The position numbers and the translations under genes were made by a program. From positions 124,001 to 188,000 of the IMG/VR virus record IMGVR_UViG_3300050120_000152: a stretch of 64,000 nucleotides of DNA, one strand, 5' to 3'. Below are positions 53,485 to 64,000 of the stretch, piece by piece (position 1 is the stretch's first letter; each line of letters begins with the position of its first letter). Under the pieces are notes generated by a model. That model saw only the letters and a list, made by a program, of their open reading frames with translations. It ran no database searches and had not been told where the DNA came from.

Positions 53485-56400
53485 TGATTCATAATTCCCG
53501 CAAGTTGCTCAAGAATGAATTACTGAAAAACTATATCAGCATGGTTTCCTATGATCGCGGCCATAGTGCTGGTGAACAGGAAGTAGAAAGTATTGCTAAT
53601 GAAATGGCATATGATCTGCAAAAGGTCGATGATTATATCACAGGTCTGGAACAGCAGTGCTTTCGGTTTCATTGTGCTGGCTGATAATACGGTGAAGAAA
53701 GCTCGAATTTAGCCTTGACAGCTATGGTTTCAAAGAGTAATCTGTAATCTGTTTCGTGAAGTATGATTGTTAAGGATTGGATTAAAAGAGCTACAGAACA
53801 GCCTGCGGGTGTAGCCAACCAATTATGGGCATGAATAGGAATACGGCTATGTAACACTGTCACCCTTGCTATGGGAAGCATTTACTTATAGACTGATAAA
53901 ATTAGAATGCGGTACGTCTGGGCTGTAATCAGACGAAAATCCTCCCGCCAGCTAGGATAAGCCCTTAGCTGGCTCAATTTCAGGAACGCCATCATGATCA
54001 ATCGTCACGAGCAGCAAGGTTATACCATTCTGGAACTGGGCTGGCTGCTTTATGCGGCTTGCTGGATCGTCGGCATCATCGGATGGATTGCCAACATCGT
54101 GGCTTTGTGCCATATGACAATGCCTGTTGACCTCGGTCATGCCAGCATTCTGTTCATTTTGCGCATCATCGGCATTCCAGTCGCACCATTGGGTGCAGTG
54201 TTGGGATTGTTTTTCTAAAAATCCCTTGCAATATGATGCCATTCTGATATAATACCCTTATCAACCACGATAGGGGATTATCATGCGCTACACTCTTCAC
54301 GATGCAAACGGTAACAAGCTGGGTGAATCTGAGACTGCGCAAGGCATCGGCAATATTGCCACACATGGCACGTTTTCATTTGATTCAAATCCGAACCGTT
54401 TTTATCCGTTCACAGTCTATGAACAGGAAAATGGTCATATTGTTGGTCACAATTATGAGTGTGAAACTCATATGACAGAAGCATTGCGTAAGCTAAAATA
54501 AAGCTTGCACTACCAGACAATTCTGTTATAATACTCTCACACCAAATGAAACGGAGTAAAATCATGGCAACTGCAACTCCCACTCCCACCACTGTCCGTC
54601 CACTGTTCACCATCGCTGCGGAGATTCGCAAGGATTGGGGCGCAAAGGTCAGTCCACATGCAAAGCCTTATTTGGATGCTATGGATTCTCTGAACAGAAT
54701 CGGAGACAACTATTATTGTGATACTGGTGTAAGTGTTGTCCTATATTTTCTCGGCAATGCGCAAGGTTGGAGGGGAGAATCTGCCAAGCGTATCAAGGCC
54801 GAACTCAGGGCAATGGCTGACATCAAGTAACAATTTCAGAAAGGTTGTCTCTTGGAACAGGCGTAAAAGCCAGCCGACAAGGTGGCTTTTCCTTTTTGGA
54901 TATTACTGTGCTTCCCATCCACAACCCTATTTTACATTACATATAATGGATTGTCAATAGATATTTTATAAAATAATTGGTGTAATTTACTAAAATATGG
55001 TACTTTGCTATTGCAAAGATGGGCTAAAGCTATTATAATACTTTCATCCCATCGGAGATAGTCATGGCTAAGCGTGTCGATTCCGTTACGATCAATGGCA
55101 AGGTTCATACCAAGGCCAGCATTCGTGCCATGCTTGAGTGCAACGATCAGTGGCTATATCGTGCCATTGTGGCTATCAATGCTTCACAGACTGCCAATGA
55201 GCTTGCTCATGGTGGAACCATCGAAGATAATGGTATTGGCTTCAATGGGGCAGACGGATACATTCTTATGAGCTTTGCGGCACAGTTGAATCGTTGCGGC
55301 CATCTTTCACCAAAGCAGACTATCATTGCTAGAAAAAAGATGGTAAAGTATGCATCACAGTTACTTACCATTGCCCGCGAAAAGGAATCGAAAATCCAAT
55401 GAAACAGCTAGTACTAAATACAGATCAAGGTGTTTTTACTTTTCATACGCATAATAGTGGTGCTTGCACGTTGCATGTCTATCCTGCACTTCAAGCAGAT
55501 GGCGATGATAATGGATTCAGGGCAGCTATGGATGGCGTTGAAAGTTTGTTACTTGCCATGTATTCCGCTGGCATCAATCTGAATACGCCTGAAATAGCTG
55601 AAGCAATCGACACGGCAATTTCCGCCATCGAAAATAATTACTGAAATGGTTGACAGCGCAATTCTATTGCATTAGAATAATCATACAGCAATCAAACAGG
55701 ATTCATTGTGAATACTCTCCCGTCTCTGAAAGCTTTTCAACTTGCCATGATATTCAACCGTTTTGTTATTGACGGTGACACTTATCCGACTGATGCCGAG
55801 TATATCAATGACGAGGATGGTGAACGCATCGTGGTCAGCAATGATTCCGATGAACTGACCTTTATCAAGATCGTTTCCAAGGATGACAGCAATGTATTTG
55901 TGGTCAGCAATGGTTCCGATGACTATACCGTTCAGTTTTTGAGTAGTCAGGCAATCAATCCATTTTCGGAGTAAGTTATGCCATCGTCCAATGTTGCTAT
56001 TTTCATTCTGCTTTCCACCATCCTTTTCGGCGGTTTGTTCCTTGTATGGCAAAAAAGTGATTGGCTGAATTTCGTCATCAAGGCTGGACTTTTCGGCATG
56101 ATGGTGTATGGTATCGTCATTTTGATTACCAAGTAATATGAAACTGTTATTTTGTAATGTCTGTCACGATGTTGTCAAATTGACTTTTGATGGCAGATAT
56201 TGTGCATGTAAAAAATCATGGGGGAAATATCTCCCTGATGGATTATACGCTCAAATCAGTGGAGAAGCTATTCCCATAGGGTTTGCCAATAATACGTTAC
56301 TGGAAGCCTTGTGCAAGCGTCCACAAGCTGGTGATGGATCACGGTTCACGGCCTTTGTCATTCCTCATGTTTGCCCTACTATCGAAACGGTTGAACATAA

Positions 56401-56772
56401 AAACTAAAATAATAGTTGACACCCTGAAACATTCTGTTATAATTACCTCACACCAACCAACAAGGGCAACATCATGAGCAAGTTCGCAGCTTCCATCGTC
56501 AAGGGTACTGGTTTCGTGCTGAATCGTGATGAAGGTCAGCCGTTCTATACGATTTCCAAGACTGGCGCACTGGAAGGAAAGCAGTCGCCGAACATGGGTT
56601 TCGTGTACAAGAATGCCGAGACTGGCGAGTATTCCGTTCATCTGGGTCTGAAGCGTACCGTGGTCGCGGATTTCAACGCTGTCAAAGGTTTCGTCAAGGA
56701 ATCGCTGGCCGCGTAACGCTTGACAGCGTTGCGAGCATTGTATTAGAATGCTCGCAACAAAGAGTTTTGATT

Positions 56773-56890
56773 GGGTTTGTACGCAGATGGCATAGCGGCT
56801 GTACAGTAAGGCCAGTGTGGCAACATTGTTGCCGATTATTATCGAGTTGATCGGTTCTAATCTTCGTGGGTTCGAATCCCTCCCTGCCCA
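56773..56890 (+). ncRNA. expanded tRNA-like RNA (Tyr-like, loop CAGUAAG)
   Basis: D arm CGC/GCG, 50-nt variable region with hairpins, T arm GTGGG-TTCGAAT-CCCTC; weak acceptor stem. Confidence 0.55.
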
Positions 56891-57147
56891 TTCAAAATGC
56901 TTGACATGCACCATTCAAGTTGTATAATAATCACATGGAAAACGAAACCAAACTTGTGATGTGCGATGTGGGCAGCTGCCGTAATGAGTTGCCAATCGAA
57001 CAGATGAACAGTGAATCCAGCAATGGTGAAACATGGTATGCTTGCCCTGATTGTGTGGACAAGGTTCAGAACAGGTCTGGTTATTGTTCGCTCCAATGTC
57101 AATACACGGGATTCTGTGACGATAGTTGCTGAAGTAATGAGTTAATA

Positions 57148-57345
57148 ATGGCGAGTTCTCTGGTGCGAAACCTGTACCAACTAGCCTAGCTGTAGGGCCA
57201 TGCAGGGAATGACTGATCGGGTATGGTAACCCGAACATAGGATAAATGTTAAATAGAAACGGCAGAGTCTTGGGGATTCTGATACGCCTATTGAAGCATC
57301 CTTTAAAAGCATTGATCCCAACATACAGTCAGAGAATTCGACCAT
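57148..57345 (+). ncRNA. candidate structured RNA
   Basis: 11-bp closing stem CGAGTTCTCTG/CAGAGAATTCG; GACTG/CAGTC; TCGGGT/ACCCGA. Confidence 0.5.
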
Positions 57346-57510
57346 TATTAACTTGACAATACTGTTTCATGTTGTATAATGTATTACAACCCCAGAAACT
57401 TTCGGTGGATAATGGGGCAATAAACCGGGCTACTAAGCTGAGTGGTAATTGATAGATCAGGATAAACCTTGCCCTTTGGGCCTGACCGTTGGTTACGAAA
57501 CCGAATATTC

Positions 57511-57657
57511 ACATAGTGAAGCATTCTTAAACGATACTTACACCTATACAAAACAGAACTGTAGGCGACAAGGATAAGCGTTTCCTATCACACGTATGGG
57601 ATTAGAATGTTAGGATAGCGCCTAGCACGTTTGGTAAGCTAGAATGCTTCACTATGT
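57511..57657 (+). ncRNA. candidate RNA closed by a perfect 17-bp inverted repeat
   Basis: ACATAGTGAAGCATTCT / AGAATGCTTCACTATGT. Confidence 0.55.
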
Positions 57658-57703
57658 AAATAATGATTGACAGTACCGTTCCAAGCTGTATAATGTAATT
57701 CAT

Positions 57704-57809
57704 GGGTCGGTAGCTCAGTTGGTAGAGCAGGAGACTTATTCAAGTATCTTCAATGAGGATACTTCTATTAATCTCTTGGTCGCGGGTTCGAACCCCGCCC
57801 GACCCACCA
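57704..57809 (+). tRNA. trnK: tRNA-Lys(TTT) split by a 30-nt insert (57738-57767)
   Basis: Body resembles enterobacterial tRNA-Lys; removing the insert gives 76 nt with loop CTTTTAA. Confidence 0.88.
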
Positions 57810-57901
57810 TTTCAACCGGCTACAATGTACCTCTGCTGCAAGATACCTCTGCGTAAGCAAGTATGGCGCTTAATTTGCAAGTGTGGCGTGCTGGTCTCTA
57901 T

Positions 57902-58183
57902 TCCATCAACAATGAGGTTACCATGAAAAAGCTGCTGATCTTCACCATCGTCGCATTTGCTACACTGACCACGCTGGTAGGCTGTACCGATGCGGAAAAG
58001 GCATCGTGGGGTGCGCTGGGTGATGCTGGGCATATCGTCTGCTACTCTGGCGGCAAGGTGATTTATGAGGGTGATTCTACGGGCAAGATCGCCACGGTGG
58101 ATCATTCCGATGGCTGGGAGTTCAAGGATGCAAACTCGGGCAAGTTTGTCCGCGTATCCGGTCAATGTCTCATCACGAACTGA
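57902..58183 (+). CDS. lipoprotein
   Basis: MKKLLIF..TTLVGC lipobox; GAGG RBS. Confidence 0.75.
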   Translation, partial: SINNEVTMKKLLIFTIVAFATLTTLVGCTDAEKASWGALGDAGHIVCYSGGKVIYEGDSTGKIATVDHSDGWEFKDANSGKFVRVSGQCLITN

Positions 58184-58676
58184 CAAGGTTTCATCCCTGA
58201 TACAACAACCGGGAATGTAAGGATACTATAATTTTCGGAATATGTCAAGATGCTCATACCATCCGCTGACGTAAGTTATCAGGACTTTTTGTGATATACC
58301 CTTGTGAAGCCGTGGTGTACTGGTTTAGGGTATATTGCAAAAAGGTGTTGACAAGCTGCAATGGTGTTGTATAATACAATTACACAATCGAGAGCTTTAG
58401 CGGTAACAGAATCGACTGTGGGGATGTGCACGGAGCGGCAACGTGTTCACGTTGTGATGTGATAAGGATATAGGACAGTAGGATAACAGAATAAACCCTG
58501 ATTGATTCGCGAGTCAACATGAATAAACCTGTTAGAGTATTGTTACAATCTGAATCATATTGTGGGTTCGAATCCCACCATCCTCCTCGCTAAAGGTAGC
58601 CATTCTGATGAATGGAGAAAATAACACGAGGCACATATGCGCGCCTACTCGATTAACCATCATTTGGCAAAAAGAG

Positions 58677-58967
58677 TTGACAGCCTGCTGACGTTCCATT
58701 ATAATACTTGCATCAACCAAGAGAACGCCATTAATGTCTGATGAATCATTCCCCATTGGCACTCGCGTACAAACTGTTAAGTATGGTGCTGGAACTGTAG
58801 TTGACGAGGAAGTATGTCACGACATTTTTGGTGGTGTTCCTAGAGCAATTTCTACTGGTAGGCGTGGTGTTATGTTGGATAACCCTACCATATTGAGTCC
58901 TAGTCCAGCATATTTTTGGCAAAACGAGTTGACAGTCTGCTGACGTTCCATTATAATACTCCCATCA
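58677..58967 (+). promoter_or_regulatory. duplicated sigma70 early promoters flanking one gene (type example of many cassette promoters at 48-64 kb)
   Basis: TTGACAG(C/T)CTGCTGACGTTCCATTATAATACT at 58677 and 58929. Confidence 0.85.
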
Positions 58968-59967
58968 TCACAAAGGGATAAGATCATGGCTCGCATTTAT
59001 CATCCTGAAGTAGCTCGCGGTGGCAATAGCTATGCGCAAGTTGCGGCACCGAACGATGCTCGCTATATGGGTCTGTATCACTGGTGCGGATATTGGGCAC
59101 AGTGGGATAAGATCATCGGGGTGGATGGTATGTGGTGGATCGTGCAAGGTGTGGATGTAAATGGTGAGCCATTGGCTGGCTCAGATGGTCGAGTGCGCAA
59201 GCATTGCACCAGCATGGAAGCAAGCCATTTTGCTGATAAACCGTTTCAGGTTCGCAGTCGATATGGCAAGGATTCAATGCTTGACAGCTGATACAATTCT
59301 GTTATAATACTCCCATCATCAAGGGAAACGCCAATATGTCCGAACAGCAAGCCAATATCTGCACCGCCTTCAACATCATGGTACGGTATGCATTCCCTGA
59401 TTCTATGGTATATGCTCGCGTTGCCAACATTCTTGGCGAAACCATCGTCATCACATTCACTCAAAAAACCCAGTATTCAAACAACATCGCCGAAAATGAT
59501 CCCGCATTCATGAAGTTCCTTGTTCATGTTGGCAAAGATGGCTCCGCTGAAATTAACGCACCTGCCATGCATAGCAATGCTACCAAGGATGCAGGCGTAA
59601 AATTTCGCAAGATCAAAGCAGCCAGTGAAGGCGATGCTATGCAAAAGCTTGCACACTGGTTCATCAAAAACCATGATGGTATCATGGCCGCAAAGAATAA
59701 ATGGTAAAACGTCCATCGGGTGGAGTGAGTAGGTATTAACGGGTTATGCCGAATGTCGATCTTGCTTCACCTTTTTGTTGCGTAGGGTATTGTTCTCCAT
59801 CCGCCATACTATTTTACATTACATATAATACAATTGTCAACAAGTATTTCCGAAAAATGGTGAAATATATTGGTTGACGGCTAAGGTACAAAGGCGTAAT
59901 ATACACACATCGGCTAGGCAACCTAGCGATTAGAAAATCTTTCTTCCAAGCCAAAGAGGGTAATATC

Positions 59968-60804
59968 ATGAGTGGTCGTCTTGCAACCCGTATGCGCTCT
60001 TTTTCCACCATCCGCAGTAATGACAACAATCCACTGACCGTCGATCAGATGATGCGCGTAGCACCGTCTATTTTCGCAGTCGTGCCACATCATACGCGCA
60101 GCGAACGCTATGCCTATATTCCGACCAGTCAAGTACTGGCAGCATTGCAGCATGAAGGATTTCAGCCCTTCTCGGTTTCGCAGTCGCGTACCCGTATCGC
60201 AGATCGCCATGACTATACCCGTCATTTGATTCGTCTGCGTCATGTGAATGATATTTCCAATCCCGAAGCTGCGCACGAAATTGCAGTGTTGAATAGCCAT
60301 GATGGCACGTCATCCTATCAGATTCTTGGCGGCATGTTTCGCTATGTCTGCGCGAACGGTCTGGTCTGTGGAGACATTGAAAAGGATATTCGTATCCGTC
60401 ACAAAGGTAACATCATGGATGATGTTGTCGAGGGTGTTTACAGTGTTATGGAACGTCAAAAGGACGTGACTGCGCTTGTTGACAGCATGCGCAGCTTGAC
60501 ACTGGGTGTGGAGGAACGTATGATTCTGGCTGAAGGTGCGCTTGCCTTGCGGTTTGGTGAAGATGCCAGCCCGATCACTACGGCACAGGTATTGCAAGCT
60601 CGCCGCAATGAAGATGCTGGCAATAGCTTGTGGCAGGTGTTCAATCGGGTTCAGGAAAACGTGATTCAGGGTGGTATGGACGGTCGCGGCAAGACTGGCA
60701 AGATTCGTAAGGTTCGTGAAATCACGGGCATGGATCAGGATACGAAATTGAATCGCGCACTCTGGACGCTTACTGCAAAAATGGCTGAACTCAAGGCCGC
60801 ATGA
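59968..60804 (+). CDS. DUF932/DUF945 family phage/plasmid protein
   Basis: APSIFA..HTRSERYAYIPT..EGFQPF, NSHDGTSSYQ..RYVCANGL. Confidence 0.88.
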   Translation: MSGRLATRMRSFSTIRSNDNNPLTVDQMMRVAPSIFAVVPHHTRSERYAYIPTSQVLAALQHEGFQPFSVSQSRTRIADRHDYTRHLIRLRHVNDISNPEAAHEIAVLNSHDGTSSYQILGGMFRYVCANGLVCGDIEKDIRIRHKGNIMDDVVEGVYSVMERQKDVTALVDSMRSLTLGVEERMILAEGALALRFGEDASPITTAQVLQARRNEDAGNSLWQVFNRVQENVIQGGMDGRGKTGKIRKVREITGMDQDTKLNRALWTLTAKMAELKAA

Positions 60805-61456
60805 TTCATCAAGAAAAGCCCTTTTCAGGGCTTTTCTTTTGTATTATACTTTGTTATAATAGCACTATCATTCTTGTACAGGGTTGCCATGAACTTCGCT
60901 CCGCTCAGTCCTATCAATGAATCTAATACGCCAGCGTATAACATTCTGGTGCATTGTGTTGAATGCAGGCGATCAGTTACATATGCAACGGCTGTATTCA
61001 ATGATTGGAAAATCGACATTGATGGTATCCCATTCACTGCGATATACTGTCCGGTATGCTTTCACAAGCTCACGGCTGGAAAAGAATGAAGATGGAAACC
61101 TACCAGACGATCAAGAAAGTCAAGCATAATCAATAGGGAGCTATAGGCTCCCATTCAGCTTACGTTCATAATGGATATGATAAAATAGGGTCGTGGATGG
61201 GGAACCAACCCTGCTAAGTATCGTAAAAATACTGCTTGCAATTCTGATTCACTGTGATAGAATAGAATCTCTGAACAGGATTACTACCATGCCTCCTCAT
61301 AATGAACATCATTATTCATGGTCACCAGTTATTTTTCACTCAAAACATCGCAAAGCTCGTATCTATCGTGCTAAGCATAAAGTGCGTCGATGAATTCTTG
61401 ACAAGCAGATAAGTTCTGTTATAATACTCCCACACCAACCGAAACGGAGAATTCCC

Positions 61457-61897
61457 ATGCTGTACTTTCTGATCAATGATGGTAAAATCCTGATCAATCA
61501 TGGCAAAGTGGTTGACGTGAAGGACGTTCACCAGACTGACAATGCATACCAGTCTCGTTGGGATTGGAATTCGTTTGCAGAAGTGCAGGCCATCGCAGAC
61601 AGCGCCAATGCGTTGAACAATGGCAATCACTATCTGGCGGTCGATGGTGGTGAATGGCTATCCCCGCGCTTTGATGTTACCATTGCTCCAAAGATTGGTG
61701 CCAAAGTATCATACGGCTTCAATGGCGACTATTACCCTGATGGCACCATCGTCAGCATGAGCGAGTCATTCAAGCGAGTTGTGACCTCTACTGGCAACGT
61801 GTACTATCGTCGCAAGCTGAGCGCATCATGGAAGCGTACAGGCGGAACATGGTCAATGGTACAGGGTCATATTGACGAACGTAATCCCAGCTTCTAA
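61457..61897 (+). CDS. hypothetical phage protein
   Basis: Own promoter, GGAG RBS and terminator. Confidence 0.7.
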   Translation: MLYFLINDGKILINHGKVVDVKDVHQTDNAYQSRWDWNSFAEVQAIADSANALNNGNHYLAVDGGEWLSPRFDVTIAPKIGAKVSYGFNGDYYPDGTIVSMSESFKRVVTSTGNVYYRRKLSASWKRTGGTWSMVQGHIDERNPSF

Positions 61898-62834
61898 CAC
61901 AATAAATCCCAGACTGGCAACGGTCTGGGATTTTCTTTTGCATCATCAATAAAAATTTAACAGTATTATCCCATCCTGCCATACTATTTTACATTACATA
62001 TAATGGATTGTCAACTACTATATTTTAAGAATACTCCTTGCAAAGATTGCCCAAAAGGAATATAATGCATTACCAAAGAGGAAAATCGTCATGATTACCA
62101 TTCGTCGGTTGCATATTTTTGCATTCATTCTGGGATTTGTGCAGATGTGGCATTTTGGTGATGCAGTGGGTTGTCCTACTGCTGATGATAAAATCTGGAA
62201 TGATGCATACGAAAATGGTGCTGACATAGCACAACGCTTGCACCATTGATTCAATTCTGTTATAATACACGCATCAAAAGGAGATTCATCATGCCGAATT
62301 TTGTAATCCAACATGAATTTGACTTTGAACCGACATATATTGTCAATAAAGATGATGAAGATCAATACATCAAACTCGATGTGAATATTCCGTGGAAAAA
62401 TCGGTTGACTGCTGCGGAAAAGATTGCCAAAATTCTTAATGAATTGGAGTAATAATCATGGTCATTCAACTTGCCGAGTATTGTGACAAACGTGCTGAAC
62501 TGACGTTTGAAATCCTTGCAAACTCTGCTAACGGCATGTTGGAACCGCAGCGTAGCAGACTGGTGCGTATTCTCAAGCATTGTCAAAAGGTCAAACGGTT
62601 TCAGCGTAAACTGACAAAAGTTGCTTGACAATCTGAAATATTGTAGGATATAAATCAACCAAGGAACATTAGCATGGACAACATTCTTCCCGAAATCAAG
62701 TATCGTGGATTGTCCTATACGCTGGACAAAGTTGAAAATGGTGTAGTATACTGGACTTGTCTCTATTCACGCCATACGGATCAATGTTCGGTGGATACGT
62801 GGAAGTCTGGCTCCCCCTATGAGGAACGCACCTG

Positions 62835-63110
62835 ATGAAGCCAAAGACCCTGATTTTCATGCTGCTGATGCTATGCATGGGCATAGCTCATGCGGCACAA
62901 TCACACGCATCCTTTTCCATATCGGTTATGGTTGTGGACGCATGTGATACGCATGTATCGAATAGTGGCAAGATTGTTGCGCAGTGTTCGGGAAAGAATA
63001 CCGCAGCGCAGCAGGTTATCACGGTCACACCACCAACACCTGAACAGCTGGCGATGTATGGTGTAAGCTATACATCACAGAATGTGAAAGTCGTTACAAT
63101 AACCTACTAA
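62835..63110 (+). CDS. secreted mini pilin-like protein (Csu/SCPU-like termini)
   Basis: Signal peptide; ASFSISVMVVDAC; C-terminal VVTITY. Confidence 0.5.
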   Translation: MKPKTLIFMLLMLCMGIAHAAQSHASFSISVMVVDACDTHVSNSGKIVAQCSGKNTAAQQVITVTPPTPEQLAMYGVSYTSQNVKVVTITY

Positions 63111-63447
63111 AAAGCTTGCTACTAGCATGTGACAATGTTATAATAATCCCATCATTCAAGGGAAACCCCATCATGTCGAAAGCATACCGTTTTGAAGTGA
63201 TCCCCCATATGGTTTGGAAACATGCCCTTACTGGTGCACAGGCTTCTATCTATGGTGCGTCTCCGCAGGGTGATGATTGGTCTATTGTGGAAGATGGTTT
63301 TACCTTCCGTGACAATCGTTACAATACGGTGGGCAGCTATGGTGTTCGTGATCGGCGCACTGTCGAGGAAATCGAAGGATACCTTACCACGCAATATGGT
63401 TTCGATTGGCGCTTGCAGCATGCACAGTGATAGGGTATAATAATACC

Positions 63448-63663
63448 ATGAAAACACTCATTGCCATTCTGCTCTATCTAGTTCTCTTTGCTGTCATGGC
63501 TCAGAGTGGTATGATTACCTTCACTGGTAGAATTTTGGCAAGCAATGGCCCTAGCATCACGACACAATCTGTCGTAACATCCTCAAATATTCCGCTGGTG
63601 AGTTATGCACTGAGTCGTGTACAAGGTAGCTCAGTCCTCATCAAAACCATTACATATCAGTAA
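63448..63663 (+). CDS. secreted mini fimbrial-subunit-like protein
   Basis: Signal peptide; SGMITFTGRI; C-terminal KTITYQ. Confidence 0.5.
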   Translation: MKTLIAILLYLVLFAVMAQSGMITFTGRILASNGPSITTQSVVTSSNIPLVSYALSRVQGSSVLIKTITYQ

Positions 63664-64000
63664 AGCTAAAGTCTTGTGCGAGCCTACCTCTTAAAGGATA
63701 GGACAAAGGTGAATTAACACCTGACGGCTACTCAATGCCGTGCTATCTCCAAAGGGTAGCAGCCTGAATTAACAGGTCGCCATCCATTGCTTCCCATCCA
63801 CATCCCTATTTTACATTACATATAATACAATTGTCAATAGATATTATAATAAAATAGTTCTTGCATTACGGTACATACTTGTTTATAATGGCTCATCATT
63901 TAATCATGGACACCAGCATGACTCGCAATGAATTACATAAGCTGCTCATCAAATTGCGCACTATGGTTAAGGCTGGTAACTATCCTTCTAACTATAGGAC

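Noticed and set aside
1-64000. Window-wide TAG recoding implied by the suppressor tRNA
   Set aside because: Long genes (nrdJ, rnlA, 14364-15542) are intact under code 11, and the TAG-ended ORFs checked hit TAA within a few codons.
1-64000. CRISPR array or mini-array
   Set aside because: No regularly spaced 25-45 bp direct repeats with unique spacers; only one pair of the 24-bp element is 56 bp apart.

Overview
A 64 kb AT-rich segment of a large lytic dsDNA phage (jumbo, T4-superfamily-like), with no capsid or tail genes. Evidence: T4-type late promoters (TATAAATA), many sigma70-type early promoters, class II ribonucleotide reductase, T4 Rnl1-like RNA ligase, two SleB hydrolases, two SprT-like proteases, GNATs, HNH/GIY-YIG homing endonucleases, and dozens of small hypothetical ORFs. 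The distinctive content is RNA. About 10 near-canonical tRNAs are accompanied by: (i) tRNA-Lys(UUU) and tRNA-Leu(CAA) genes split at anticodon position 34/35 by short hairpin inserts (30 and 57 nt) that both begin ATT(C/G)AAGT; (ii) an amber suppressor tRNA(CUA); (iii) a long-variable-arm tRNA-Gly; (iv) a family of CCA-ended tRNA mimics with remodelled arms; (v) a roughly 1.1 kb GNRA-rich giant RNA (GOLLD-like) with an endonuclease ORF looped out of one helix; and (vi) several other orphan structured RNAs and repeated GGA-rich small-RNA promoters. All RNA structures were folded by eye; no database or covariance search was run. Only a selection of the small hypothetical ORFs is listed.
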